DNA from: Phaeosaccion multiseriatum
Lineage: Eukaryota > Protista > Ochrophyta, other classes
DNA: 64,000 nucleotides
NCBI GenBank assembly: GCA_965112735.1
Contig: OZ218960.1
Location: 186,001-250,000 of the forward strand
Direction: 5' to 3'
The position numbers and the translations under genes were made by a program. Under the pieces are notes generated by a model. It had not been told where the DNA came from, ran no database searches, and saw nothing but the letters and a program-made list of their open reading frames with translations. Below, in pieces: positions 1-12,386 of this stretch (positions are counted from its first letter, which is position 1; the number at the start of each line of letters is the position of its first letter).

Positions 1-175
1 CTCCATCTCTCTCTCTCCATCTCTCTATCTCTCTCTCCCTCTCCATCTCTCTCTCTCTCCAGCTCTCTCTCTCCATCTCTCTCTCGCCCGCTCTCTCTCT
101 ATCCCAAGCTGCAAGTCTTTGGGGAAGAGTTGACTTTCGGTGCGAGTTTCAGTGCCCCAAAGCTTTCAATTCCAG

Positions 176-3100
176 TTACGTGGTCTTGGCCTTGGCTGGC
201 CTGGGTGTGGGCACGAGGAAGCTGAGGCCGAGCCACGCCACAGCGAGCATCACGTGACCCCCATAGTGATATCCGCCCCACACGGCGAGGGCAGCGTGCC
301 AGCCCAGCACTTGGAAGGGCATGACGAGGTAGTTGACGAGCAATGTGTTGCAAACCTAAGGGAGGGAGGGAGGGAGGGCACATGCACGGATAGCACGCAC
401 GCACACGCACATAGAGAGAGAGAGGGAGAGGGAGGGAGAGACGCAGGGAGAGATACGCCCACGCACGCACACACACGGATCGAAACATATAGAGAGTGTG
501 AGAGAGAGGGAGCGACGGAGGGAGGGAGGGAGGGAGTAGAGGTTGGTTGGTTGGTTGGTTGGTTGACAAGAGGAGGCTTCACATCACGGGAAGGCTGAAC
601 ATCGGAAGAGAGCGACAAGAGAGAAAGGGAGATGGAGAGCGAGAGCGAGACAAAGAGACAGCATAGACAGAGACAGAGAGAGCATACACACACACACACA
701 CACACACACACAAAGACCTCTTCATGGATACCCCACCCCCCACCCCCCACCCCCCCACCTGTGCCGCTCGGTTGTAGTACCACTTGCAAGTCTTGCCGTC
801 CGCGTTGAGGAAGCGGGGTCGCAGCTTTGTTCGAGCCACGCGGGCCGTCTCAGTGATCAGTGCCACAGATCTGACAAAGAGGAGGGGGAGGAGGAGGAGG
901 AAGAAGAAGAGGAGGAGGAGGAGGAGAAGGGGGAGGGGGAGGAGGAGGAGGAGGAGGAGGAGGAGGAGGACGAGGAGGGGAAGGAGGAGGGGAAGGAGGA
1001 GGGGAAGGAGGAAGACAAGGGGGAGGAGGGGAAGGAGGAAGACAAGGAGAAGCAGGAGCGGTGCGACGAGTTGCCGTGTGAGAATCACATTTGTGAGAAT
1101 CACAAATCGAGCGAGACAGAGAACATACCGCCGACATGAACTATGCCCCTCTCCTCTCCCCCTTCTCTCCCCCCCCCCCCCCTCCCTCCTCCTTGCCCCC
1201 CGACCCTTACAGGAAGAAGAGGTAGTAGCCCGGGTAGAATCCGTGCCAAAAGGCGGAGACAAAGTACGTCGCCAAGAGCGACTTGTTGGTGCGTATGTAC
1301 ACACATCTCTCAAGCCAGCCCTGCGTGCGCTTGTTCCAGGCTCGGCTCAGGCCGGATACATTGTGTGCCGTTTCAAAGTCCCAAACGTCAATGTTGGACA
1401 CTTCGTCCCACTTGGCCTGAGAGGGGGAGGAGGAAGCCGGACAAGATGGACAAGATGGACAAGATGGACAAGATGGACAAGATGATGCGGTGGGTGGGAA
1501 GGTGCGTGCGTGCGTGCACGGCTCTTACGCCTCAAGTGAAGTGAAGTGGACTGACTCACCTTGCCCGTCTTGTCATCGATACCCCCGTAACCGAAGCCCG
1601 CGAGGTTGGCGCCTCCGTCAGAGACGGTCCACGCAAAGTAGTAGCGCAAACGCACGCAGAGGAGAGACACCCACTGCCAGCAGATGCGCTGCAAGGGAGG
1701 GAAGGGGGGGCATGACATGGAGGATTTTGGTGGTTGGCAGGTTGAAGAAGAAGCGGGTATCGGGTGTCAGGACACACGGAGCCTCAGCCTCACGGCCTGA
1801 CCTGCAGAATGGGCATGGCCAGCACTTTGGGCCCCGCGAGGCCGAGAGAGCCGTCGGACATGATGGGGAAGGAGGGGGTACCCGCCAGGTGAGCGCCCTG
1901 ATGGAAGCGGGGCACGGGGGTAGGGGGGTATGGCAAGGGGCGGCGGCAACATATGAGGGTGGGAGGGGGGTGGGAGAGGGGGCGGCCACAAATTCGGTTC
2001 ATCTTCGATAACCGGTGTACTAAACTGAAGCTAGAGCAGCTGACACTGAAACTGAATATTTTGGCTCTCTCTCTCTCTCCATCTCTCTTGCTTACCATGA
2101 AGAGCAACCCTAGGAAGAGCTTCTTGAAGGCTGCGGCGACACGGCTGGCGGGGGGACTACCGGTCTTGTCTCCATTGCTGGCGAAGGCGGCACCCGTCAC
2201 TCCTTGCTCATAGAGCGTGTACTCGAAGGCAGGGCCGGCGAGGATGCTTGCAAAGCAGTAGGAGTATCCGAAGTAGGCCAGAGGTCCGGGCACAGCGCGC
2301 ACAGCGAACTTGCGGCGAGAGGCCAGAGTTCGCTCGTCACGAGAGTTTTCACTGCCATGCGGGAGGGAGGGAGGGAGGGAGGGAGGGAGGAGGGAGGGAG
2401 GGGGGGGAGAGCGGAAGAGAGAGGGGAAGAGAGAGGGGAAGAGAGAGGGGAGGGAGAGCGGAAGAGAGAGGGGAGGGAGAGGGGAAGAGAGAGGGAAGAG
2501 AGAGGGAAGAGAGAGGGGAAGAGAGAGGGGAGGGAGAGGGTAAGAGAGAGGGAGGGAGAGCGAAAGAGAGAGGGGAGGGAGAGCGGAAGAGAGAGGGGAG
2601 GGAGAGGGGAAGAGAGAGGGAGGGAGGGGGTGTGGGGCGGAGGCATGAGCGGCGCAAGCGAGGAGGAGGAAGCAGGCTTAGGGGCGATGGCAACAGACGA
2701 ACGGGGATGGATGCATGGATGGATGGATGGATGGATGGATGGCAGCAGATGGGGAGAGAGGAAGGCAGGGGCCAGGGCGGTCCACGCCCCCCTCTCCTTC
2801 TCTCGCCTGGACCAAGGCTTCCTCTCTCCCCTCCCGCCTTTCCCTCTCTAGTCTGAAAGTCTTCTTTCCTTTCCCCTCCCCCTACGCCCCCCCCCCTCTT
2901 GCTTGTTCTCACCTCTTTCCCTTGATCTCTTCCCACAGACGCCCGTCATACACATTGAAAGCGAAGCTGAGGTGTGATTGTGTGTAGTTGGGTGTCGGGC
3001 ATGTGTGTGGGGGGAGTGAGGAAGGGAGGGAGTGAGAGGGAGAGAGTGAGCGAGAGTGAGCGAGAGAAAGAGGTGGAGGAGAAAAGAGAAAAGAGAGAGC

Positions 3101-4826
3101 AAGAGAGATGCCCGCCTCAGATGCCAACAGACGGCAGCAGCGATGCAGAGCTCCGAACCACCAGATATCGATCCGGACCTCCGTGCCGCTCATGGTCGCA
3201 CTCACCCCCCCCCATGCCCCCCCCCCTCCTGACCTGACGACCCCCACTGCCCCCTGCCCATACCCATACGCCTCTGTATGCCCGTATACCTTCCGGCTCA
3301 CTGCCCGCTACACACACTCGTATTAGGCCTGTCGCCATGCCCCTCCCCTCCCCCCCTTTACCCCTCCACACGCCCTCCCCCCTCCTCCCCACCTGCTCAG
3401 CTTGAGCGTAAGCAGCATCTGTGGGCCTGTGAAGTCTAAGCTCCATCCCATGTAGTCAACGTACTGCCTGTAGATGTGCGCTCCACACATGTAGGCCATT
3501 GTGAAGACGAACACGGTGTAGGGCATGACTCTGTTGGGCAACACCAGCACCAGCAGGTACACAATCACAGACGTCGCCAGAGAGTGGATCCACTGTGCGA
3601 GGCGGGAGGGGAGGGAGGTAGTGTGTGAAGCGAAGTGGGATGGGGGAGGATCAGCAGACATGAAATGAAGACACTCGACTCTTCTTCAGCTTCCCCAACA
3701 CTAAGCCTTTCCTCTGCGCTGCATGGAGTGAAGACAAGTCAAGCGAGAGACAACCACCCCACCTACATCCACCCACCCACCTGGCTGTAGAACAGTGTCT
3801 GCATCATCCACAGCCCCACAATGAGGCTGAAGGTGTGCTTGATAGTGGGGCCGGGGAGGCGGCTCATGATGTACGACAGAGGGTACGTCAGCAGCAGCAA
3901 GGCCACGTACTGCATTGCGCGCGTCAAGGGAGGGAGGGAGGGAGGGAGGGAGGGAGGAGAAGTGGCTGCTTAGAGAGGGGCAAAGAGAGAGAGAGACTTC
4001 AGATTGCAGCGGCTGCGACTGTGCACAGGACAGGCCCACCCTCTCCAACAGGGGGGTCCCTATACCCTTGGTGTGCCCTTCTCCACCCACGGGGCGGACA
4101 CGCGTGGCCCCTCTCCTGCTCCATCCATTGCGCAGCCAGGCCCTAGCCCCCACAGCAACAGGAAGCGCTGTGGAGTGAGCACCCCATTCCTTCCGTGGGC
4201 GCTCAGTCTTGGCCCTTCTCAGATCTCTCGCCGTGGGGCACAAAGAAGCGCGTTTCACAATGAAGCTTGTGCGCTACTGTCTTGCACCGTTCCTGCTGTC
4301 CTGGGGACTGCCGTGGGATTGCCGTGGCACTGCCATGGGGCTGGTATGCTCTCTCGCCTCCTTCTTGCTCCCCCTCCGTCTCTCTCTCCCTTTCGAGTTC
4401 GCCTGCCCTTACTCTTCCACGACGGCAACTCTCTACCGCTCGTACCATTGATCCCAACCAACGCTTTGAGCAAAGCTCTCCCCTCGAATCGCCCTTCGCT
4501 TTGCTGGACAGAGCAAAAAAAAAAAAAGGTCTCCCCTGTGCCCTCCGTCTCTTGGAAGACTCTCTCCACCGCAGCGCGAGCTCTCACCCCCCCCTGCTCT
4601 TTCTGACCCACCTCCGTTCCCTCCCCCCCTCCCCTTCTCCACCACCGCTGCTGTCACTGACCTTGAGAGTATCCTTGTCCATACCGATGACCTCCTGCAG
4701 CTTCATGGCCTGCTGATCCACCACATCCCCAGGCGACGCCAGAAAGAGCGTGTCACGCCCCACCCACTCGTTCTCGCCGCAGAAGTCGACGAACCCATCT
4801 GCGAAGGCTATGATCGACTCCATCAT
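176..4826 (-). CDS. MBOAT-family lysophospholipid acyltransferase (LPCAT/LPLAT-like), about 10 exons
   Basis: Approximate exons 4826-4662, 3909-3781, 3592-3393, 2967-2913, 2351-2096, 1897-1802, 1688-1560, 1416-1211, 870-758, 354-176, bounded by GT-AG. Motifs: DFTGPQMLLTLKLSSFAFNVYDG, YFGYSYCFASILAGPAFEY, RLRYYFAW, WNKRTQGWLERCVY, and SAFWHGFYPGYYLFF with the MBOAT catalytic His. Ends ...PAKAKTT* (TAA at 176-178). Confidence 0.92.
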
Positions 4827-5543
4827 GCTCACGCACCGGCAGCAGCCCCAAAAAAACACTTGATGAAATCGCGTGCGAGGCGGCGATTGATTGGATTGGC
4901 ATCATCCGGTTCGAGTTTCAGTTTTCCGATGTACGTACTCATTTCACCTCTCTGGCGGATCTTTTGCTACTTACTCTCGATTACTCAAGCTCTCCTTCTT
5001 CCCTATTTGAATACGATTATCGCTTTCCTTCCTTTCTTCTTTCTTGACTACACTGTACTTACATTGGCCTCCACCGCACCCATCGCATGATCGCTTTCTT
5101 ATTTTGGGGGGGTGGGTGGGGCCTTTGGCAAAAATTGTGTCGTGCGGGTGGCAGAGGATGGAGCAAAGGTTGTGAAGCAATTCCCTTCCGTGCAACCTGC
5201 CAGCTCTAGCTTCTGCAACCTGTTAGCTCTAGCTACTGGTATGAATGATAGGCGGCAGCTCAGCCGACATGCTACTTACCCTCGCCTCCCTGTCTCCTCC
5301 TCATCTCCTCCACAGAAGCAGCTCTCTACTCGTCACGTTTCGTGAAAGAATGTCAGCGGTCGAGAGATGGTATTCGCTTTCTCTCTCCCCCTCACTCTTC
5401 CCGTACCTCCCGCCCTCCCTCCCGCCCTCCCCCCTTCCGTCCGTCCGTCCGTCCCTCCCTCCCTCCCTCCCCCTCTCTCTCCTCTCCTGCCACTCCTTGC
5501 ACAGCTACTGCTGCTGTTGCTGCTGCTGCTGCTACTGCTGCTG

Positions 5544-8500
5544 CTACTGCTGCTGCTGCTTCTTCCTTTGCTGCGGGTCCAACCGGAGCTGCAGCTTGAT
5601 GGGGTGGAGCTCTTTGCCCGCCTCTCGCTCCTCCTCCGACAGCAGCCCCGGCCGCACTACCACCACCTGGTACTCCCCGTGCTTGAGAGTGTGCTCTCCT
5701 CGCTTGATGCGACTCTGCCACCCTTTGCCGCTTCTCAGGTCCCTGCAGAGGTCCACCCCCCTGGGGTGTGTGCGTGCGTGCGTGGGTGGGTGGGTGGGTG
5801 AGTGCACATGTGCAGGTGTATGTGTGTGTGGGGGGGGGGGAGGTATTGGGGGTGGAGAGAGGTTAGAGATAGCAGGGGGTGGAGGAGGCGGGGGGGGGGG
5901 TGGCAGCGAAATTGAGGTTTGAGGGACGGGAAGAGAGGAACAAACTCGCGAAAATCGATATCGACAATGGATATATCGACGAGAAGGCAGTCCAAGGGAG
6001 GAGCTTTGGCGACTCTCGGTAGGCACATGCACTTGGGGGAACACAGTGGCACCCCAAGTCCACTCACTTGCTGTTGGGGTCGAAGATCAGCATGTTCTTG
6101 ACGACCTTTCCCCCCCTGGGCAGCTGCCTCCGCTCCAGGCCCACGATGGTCCGAGAGTGGCCGTCGTGTTGGAAGTACAGGGGAAGCTTGACGCCGCCAT
6201 CTGAGGAAGAAGCCCAGCCCCCCGCCGTTGTTGGACAGGAAGGAGACGAGCACAGACGAGGTAGAGCGACAACGGAGGGAGGAATGGAGGGGAAGAGGGG
6301 GGGAAGGAGGGAGGGAGAGACAGTCGGCTTTGTGCGTGATCGTCTGTCCTGCCTTTCTGTGCCCTTCTGTACCTTCCTCTCCCGCCCCTCACTTCCCACG
6401 CACACCTCATCCACTGCCATCCCCCCCCCCAGCCCGTTGCATTGCTTTGCCCTGCTCACCGAACAGCGTGTAGGGCGACGTGTCTCTGACATAGGCCTCC
6501 ACGAAGCTCAGCAGCCCACTCGCGTCGGCCTCCGCCTCCTCCCCATCCTTCCCCCTGCCCTTCCCCTTGCCCTTGCCTTTGCCCTTGGCCGTGCCGTCGT
6601 CGTTGCCATTGCCCCCTCCAGGACCTCTCGAACCACCACCACCACCAGCAGCAGCAGCAGCAGCAGCCGCAGCCGCAGGAGGAACAGTTGGTGATACAGC
6701 AGTCGGTGCCCCAAAGCCGAAGCGGTGCAGGCTTGTGTTCTTCGACTTGTTTGGCGACTTTGGGAGGGCGGGGGTTGACCTTCCTTCCCCTTGCCCTTTA
6801 CCTTTACCTTTGCCATCGATGAAGTGGCCCCCTTCCCCCCCTCCTTTGGCGCTCTCGTGGCCTTCTCCTCCCGGCCGCTTCTTGCCGTTGCCTGCGCAGC
6901 ACAGCATGACAGAAGAGCAGTGGAAGGAGTATCAGGGTAGTGTGAGTGGTAGTGTGAGTGGTAGTGTGAGTGGTAGTGTGAGTGGTAGTGTGAGTGGTAG
7001 TGTGAGTGGTAGTGTGAGTGGTAGTGTGAGAGGTAGTGTGAGTGGTAGTGTGAGTGGTAGTGTGAGTGGTAGTGTGAGTGGTAGTGTGAGTGGTAGTGTG
7101 AGTGGTAGTGTGAGTGGTAGTGTGAGGCAGCAGAGTCTCACCTCCGGCTCCTGCTGCCGTATCACCAACTGCCTCTCCTCCTTGTGCTCGTGCTCGTTCT
7201 CTTGCTGCTTCTGCTGCTGATGCTGCCGCTGCTGCCGCCGCTGCCGCCCGACTGCCCTCGAAGTCGACAAGTTCCGCCCTTATACCGAAGTAGCGCAGCA
7301 GCACACAGCACTCCCCTGCGCCCACCCATTTGGTGCTGCCCACGAGCGCTCCAAGACCGCCGAGCTGCTCGCATCCCTGGGGGTCGAAGCCGTCTGCCCA
7401 AGCCCTCTCGATCCACATCTGCAGCGTCAGCACATCTGCGGAGGAGGAGCGGGTCAGGGGAGGGGGGGGGGGAGGGAGACGGGAGGGAATTAAAAAAAAA
7501 GCAGTCTTGTCTTTATCCTCACCATCTCTTCCTTCTCCTGTGCCTCTCTCTGTCTCCCCCTCCTCTCTTTAGGCCCCTCCATCTCTCTGTGCCTTACCCG
7601 GCACCACTCCGCATCCTCCGAAGAGCTGCTCCTTCAGCTCAGGTACTGCCATGAGTGAGGAGGGAGGCGTAGGGGTAGGAAGGCGGTACGTGAGCTGTGG
7701 AGGGAGAGAAGAGCCTCAGACCCCAGCACACACCGTTACGACACGCACTGGGCACAGGCACACGGCGGTGCCCTCCCTCACCTTGTAGGAGAGCCGCGCA
7801 GAGCATCTGCATATTGCGGAAACCACACGACCACCAGTCTCCCCTCCCGCCTCTCTGCAACAGGGCCACCAGTGCCGGGGCCAGCAGCAAGGAAGCAGTC
7901 GGGCGAGTGTGTGAGTTTGCTTGTCGTGCGCAGTGTGTGTGCGTGCTGTAGTGAATGTGCGACGGACGGACGGACAACTCAGCGATAAGGGAAGGAGGGA
8001 ATGAGGGAATGAGGGAGTAAGGCAACAACGACGACAGTGTTCCAAGATGCACACGGACCTGCGCCTTCTGCGTAAAGTGGTCCGCCTGTGGGTGCACCGT
8101 CAAAAACTCCAGCGCTGGGCTGTTGCTGTTGCTGCTCGGCTTAGTGACTCCAAACCAACTGTGATTCTTGTTGCCGCCGCTGCTGCTGGTGCATCCCTTC
8201 GTCGCCCCCCACTGACCCCCCAGTTTCTCTCTGAGCAGTGGAATCAGGCCCTGCGTTCGCGCGTGGGAGTCCCATCCTCCTTGAGCAGTCCGCTCCACTA
8301 GCTGGTCTCTCGACAGGACCGAGGACGCCCCCCGCCGCTCCGCCCCCCCGGGACCACCACCGCCCTCTTTGTTGCCTCCCCATGCCTGGTTCCGCTGCTC
8401 CCAGGCCGCACGCGCTCGGTCTTGCTGCGGCCCCTGCGGGTCTACTAGGGGGAGCCCGCACATTTCGCAGACTTGGGCACTTTTCTCGTTGGAAAAGGTG

Positions 8501-8784
8501 CACTTCGGACAGTAGCCCCCTGTGGAAATGGGATTGAATCCTCCTCCCCCGCCTCCTCCGCCTCCCCCCCCTCCTCCTCTCTTTTCGCCACAAGCCTCGC
8601 AGGTGATGGCCGCAGGCTGGTTCAATAGCGTACAAGAAGCACAGGACCACATGCTCGGCTCTTCACTTCTACTACTGTCGCTGTTTCCCCCTTCAATGGG
8701 TCTGGCGTCCCGGCACACTGTGCAAATCGACACCCCTTCAGCATTCACCACGGTACACGTCCTACATGTCCATGGACGCCCCAT
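5544..8784 (-). CDS. ZUP1: ZUP1/ZUFSP-like deubiquitinase (peptidase C78) with three N-terminal RanBP2/NZF zinc fingers, copy 1 (complete)
   Basis: ATG at 8784 (MGRPWTCRTC...). Three CxxC..N...CxxC fingers. Catalytic Cys motif WSCGFRNMQML, then LQMWIERAWADGFDPQG..KWVGAGE, His/Asp motif LPLYFQHDGHSRTIVG...LIFDP, and last exon ...HGEYQVVVV...QQQQ*. The splice phases checked are consistent. Confidence 0.88.
6936..7126. repeat. 12-bp minisatellite (GGTAGTGTGAGT) x ~16 in a ZUP1 intron
   Basis: Direct reading. The paralogous array at 13610-13729 has about 10 units. Confidence 0.95.
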
Positions 8785-9315
8785 TCCTCTCCTACTCCTG
8801 CGCAAGTTTAATTTTCCTCTCCTACTCCTGACAAGATGGATAAAATGTTTTCCAATGTAGAAAAAGAAACCAAAAAATGATGGATACCCCATGGCAAGTT
8901 GGACATCCAAGTTGGATTCAAGTTGGCGACAACTGCCCCTTCCAACAACGCAAAAAAGGTATCTAAAAAGCAAAAGCACAGGATCATCAGAGAAGGACAC
9001 CAGAGAGTAAAGAGGGAGCTGCGGAGGGCTTGGAGCCACTTTCCCTCCCCCCGCCCCTACTATGATTCAAGCCGAGAAGGGCCGAGGACGAGAGCCTCTT
9101 GTTGAGCGATGCAAACAGAAACATGAGAGAGATCCCTCCTTCCTATTGCTAGGTGATGTCGGGCGACGGAGCGACACACGAGGGGAAGGAGGGACGATCG
9201 TAGGGCACTGACCGACTGACCGCCTTGTTCCTTGCCACGGGCGGCCCGACGACGGGAGGTGCAGGGGCGGGGTACGCAAGAGAAGAATTGTTGCTTGTCC
9301 GACGGTTGTTGAGGC

Positions 9316-9494
9316 TATAAGTGTGAGTATTTCCCGCGTACAGTAAGCGGGAAGAAAGAGAGTTCAGAAAACAGGCAAAGTGCCGTAATGAGTGATGCCG
9401 ACGAAGGCCGCAAAGCCTCCTCCTTCTTCTTCTCCCTTCCCACAACCAAAGACAGCAACAGCAGCAGCAGCAGGGTGATGTGAGCATTTCCCGC
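9316..9494 (+). promoter_or_regulatory. Divergent ZUP1/lectin intergenic region with TATAA and two E2F-consensus TTTCCCGC sites
   Basis: TATAA at 9316-9320; TTTCCCGC at 9330-9337 and 9487-9494, each within GTGAGYATTTCCCGCGTA. Function is inferred from consensus match only. Confidence 0.3.
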
Positions 9495-9713
9495 GTAAAT
9501 AAATGAGTGCCGGCCTCATTGAAGTAAGGGAGGAAATGGTGCTTGACCCCGGCAGGCAATCAAGGGAGGAATTGACCTCTCAGTAACAGCGGAAAGAAGA
9601 GTGTAGTGATGGTGATGCTGATGGCCGCAAAGCCTCCTTCTCCCTTCCCACAACCACAAAGACAGCAGCAACAGCAGCAGTACTCATCGAAACTAACTCC
9701 GAAGAGCAAGAAC

Positions 9714-10769
9714 ATGAACTTCTCTCTCCAAGCAACCCGACTGCTGGTGGGCCTGGGCCTGGTCGCACGGCTTCAAGCCCAAGAGGCCGACTACCACGGA
9801 CTCCCGGTGCCCAACTACACCGAGACCTACTCTGGATCGGAGTACGCCTACGTGCCCAATCGGCTCAACCGCGGCGCTGCCCAGGCCGCGTGTGCGGCCA
9901 GCGGGGGAGCCCTCGTGTCCATCAACAGCGACTACGAGAACGAGGTCGTCATCCAGCTCATCGGAGGAGAGCTTGCGCCTGTCTGGCTCGGCCTGATTCG
10001 GAACGACGGCAACTACAAAGACAAGGCCGATGGCAAGGACGTGTTCGACTGGGAAGACGGCTCCGACACGAGGGGTAACAGCGCCTGGGCGAATGGCGAG
10101 CCCAACAACCGATCTGGTGGGGAGGACTGCGGCGTGTACTGGGGATATTTGGGAGGGTGGAACGATGCCCTGTGCTCGGGCGAGTGGTCCTTCGTGTGCG
10201 AGCGCAAAGGTGAGCTTGCTGCAAACTAAGGACCTCGGTGCCTGTACTCTCTCGGGCCCTGTTTCCCTCCTTCTCCTATAGCGCCTTGCTTGCTACAACC
10301 TCTCCTCCAACGTCCCCCCTCCCCCCACCCACCCACCCACTGACTGACAGAGCCGACGAACGTGGACCTCTTCCCGTGCTGCCGCGAGGAGCTGTTTGAC
10401 GGCGTCCCGCGAGCCTGCTACGTCGACGAGACCTGCCTCGACACCCCCCCGGGCATCTCCGGCGGGCTGGGGTGCAATGCAGATGGAACTGCCAACTGTC
10501 GCTTCTGCGGCTGGGGCGTCTACGCCGGCAAAATCGAGTGCCCCCACGGCGGCTCTCCCCCCCCCACCCCCCCTCCGGCCCCGACGCCCCCCCCCCAGGT
10601 GCACACACCTCCCCCCACACCTCCCCCCCACCCCCACACGGTGGACTGCACCACGCTGGGATGGCCGGGCAGCTGCGGCGCCTTCACCGACGCTGCCTCG
10701 TGCAACTGCTGGACCAAGTCCACCTTCGGCTGCTCGTGGTCGTACGGCAGCTGCAACAGCTACCACTAA
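9714..10769 (+). CDS. Secreted C-type lectin (EPN/WND) fused to a Cys-rich GGLGC..CRFC module, Pro-rich linker and Cys-rich tail, copy 1
   Basis: Exon 1 9714-10209: signal-peptide-like MNFSLQATRLLVGLGLVARLQA, then AQAAC..GGALVSI, VWLGL, FDWEDGS, WANGEPNN..EDC, WNDALC..FVCE. Phase-1 intron 10210-10350 (GT..CTGAC..AG). Exon 2 10351-10769 is in frame. Confidence 0.88.
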
Positions 10770-11599
10770 GCCCCAGAAAGTGAGTTAGTAGAGGGATTGA
10801 GAGGGAAAGAACTTTCCTGCATTGATCTGCTGCATCATCGCCGTCTGTGGTGCCGCCTGCGAGTCCCTCTTCAAAGTCGCCGACCTCGCTCCGTAGCTAC
10901 TCTTTGTCATTGCTAACTCTACTCTTCCCCTGTGCTGCCGCGTCTTTCCTTTCTGCGGCTCCGCATCGCGGCTTGCTTGGGACGGTGCCTCCACTACCCC
11001 ACCCCCCACCAACACGACATCATCGCCGCGCCAGGCACTGCTTTGCTCCGTTTCGTGCAGCCAGCCAAGCTTGTGGACGTCCTGTGCATCCATCAGCATC
11101 TGACTCCATCAAGGATGGCATTGGACGGTCACTCGTGCTTCTTCCCTCCCTCGCGTGGATGATGCGACCACTGAGCGAAGAGGCACAGGCCTGAACAGCT
11201 GACCAAGGACAACACGCAGTGAGGAGGGAGTGGGGATGGTAGGTAGTGAGGTGGTTCGTTATTCATGTGACCGTGCGTGGGCGCGCGCGCGCTCTCCAAC
11301 TCATGGCAAGGGAAGTAGTTTAGCAAAGTAGATAGAGCACTCGCATCGCCGTTCTCGTCGCTACTTCAAAGCATTCGGTGATAGGTGGCATTTGGAAAAT
11401 ATGAGAGCCTATGGAAATAAAAATAAATGTTGTAGTACAAAAAGCAATTGCGGTTCCTGGTGCAGAGCTTTTCCTTCTTCTGGTGGGGTGGGAGACTACG
11501 TCAGTCTCACTCACTTCGCTCTCAGACACGTGCACCAGCCAGCCCAGCCCTAAGCACATCGGTGAGCGCCTGCTTATTGTGCCTCCGTCCGCTGTACAG

Positions 11600-11711
11600 G
11601 AGACGGGAGGTGCGGCGCCTTCACCGACGCTGCGCTGCCTCGTGCAACTGCTGGACTAAGTCCGCCTTCGGCTGCTCGTGGTCGTACGGCAGCTGCAACA
11701 GCTACCACTAA
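11600..11711 (+). pseudogene. Orphan duplicate of the lectin C-terminal Cys-rich coding segment, frameshifted in unit 1
   Basis: Copy of 10674-10781 (CGAFTDAASCNCWTKS..CNSYH* plus a few 3' bases) carrying a 5-bp CGCTG duplication. Confidence 0.7.
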
Positions 11712-12272
11712 GCCCCAGAAAGTAATGAAGTACTTGGAGAGAGGAGGAGCAAGTGAGGGTGGCTATACAGGGGTTCTCTCGTGTGCATCCTGCCAGAGGG
11801 CGAAGGCAAGCCAGACACCAAGTAGATTGGGCCACAGAGTGGGTCATTGGAGGCCCAAGTACGCGTAGCAGCAGGCCTCCGAGGGGCAAGCACTGAGGCT
11901 AGAGCCAACTCGAGATTCGGATACTAGCAAGAGAGAGAGGTATGCAGGCTGCCTCATTGGGTAATTCTATACAAGTACAGTGTTTAATGCAACTACTTGC
12001 ACCATCTACGACAGACCCAAAATCTTGTGCTTTCTCCTGTACAGCCGCTTGGCTACCTCCAGCTCGGAGCCCGCGTCCACCCCTCCCGCCTTCCTACTTC
12101 GGCCCACCTCCCTTCGGAGTCTGTGTGTGCATGTGCATGTATGTGAGGAAGGCAGGGGCAGGCAGGTGAGAACGAAGTCAGTGAGAAGGAACTAGTTGTA
12201 AGTTCGCAGGATCACAAGTGTTGGCGGGATATGCATTCTCCTCACTCGGCAACCCTCGTGCTCGTCCTCGCT

Positions 12273-12386
12273 GAAGCCATAATGCTCAAGCCATATAATG
12301 CTCAAGCCTTAACGCTCAAGCCTTAACGCTCAAGCCATAATGCTCAAGCCATAATGCCCAAGCCATAATGCCCAAGCCATAATGCC
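12273..12386. repeat. 14-bp minisatellite GCTCAAGCC(A/T)TAA(T/C) at the duplication junction
   Basis: About 8 degenerate units. The counterpart in unit 2 is at ~18947-19092. Confidence 0.9.

Noticed and set aside
7639-9039. 466-aa ORF taken at face value
   Set aside because: It starts at a non-ATG codon and reads through introns. The plausible start is ATG 8784, just before the first zinc finger.
12273-12386. 14-bp repeat as interstitial telomere or transposon terminus
   Set aside because: The unit does not match TTAGGG/TTTAGGG, and no inverted repeat, target-site duplication or transposase is evident.
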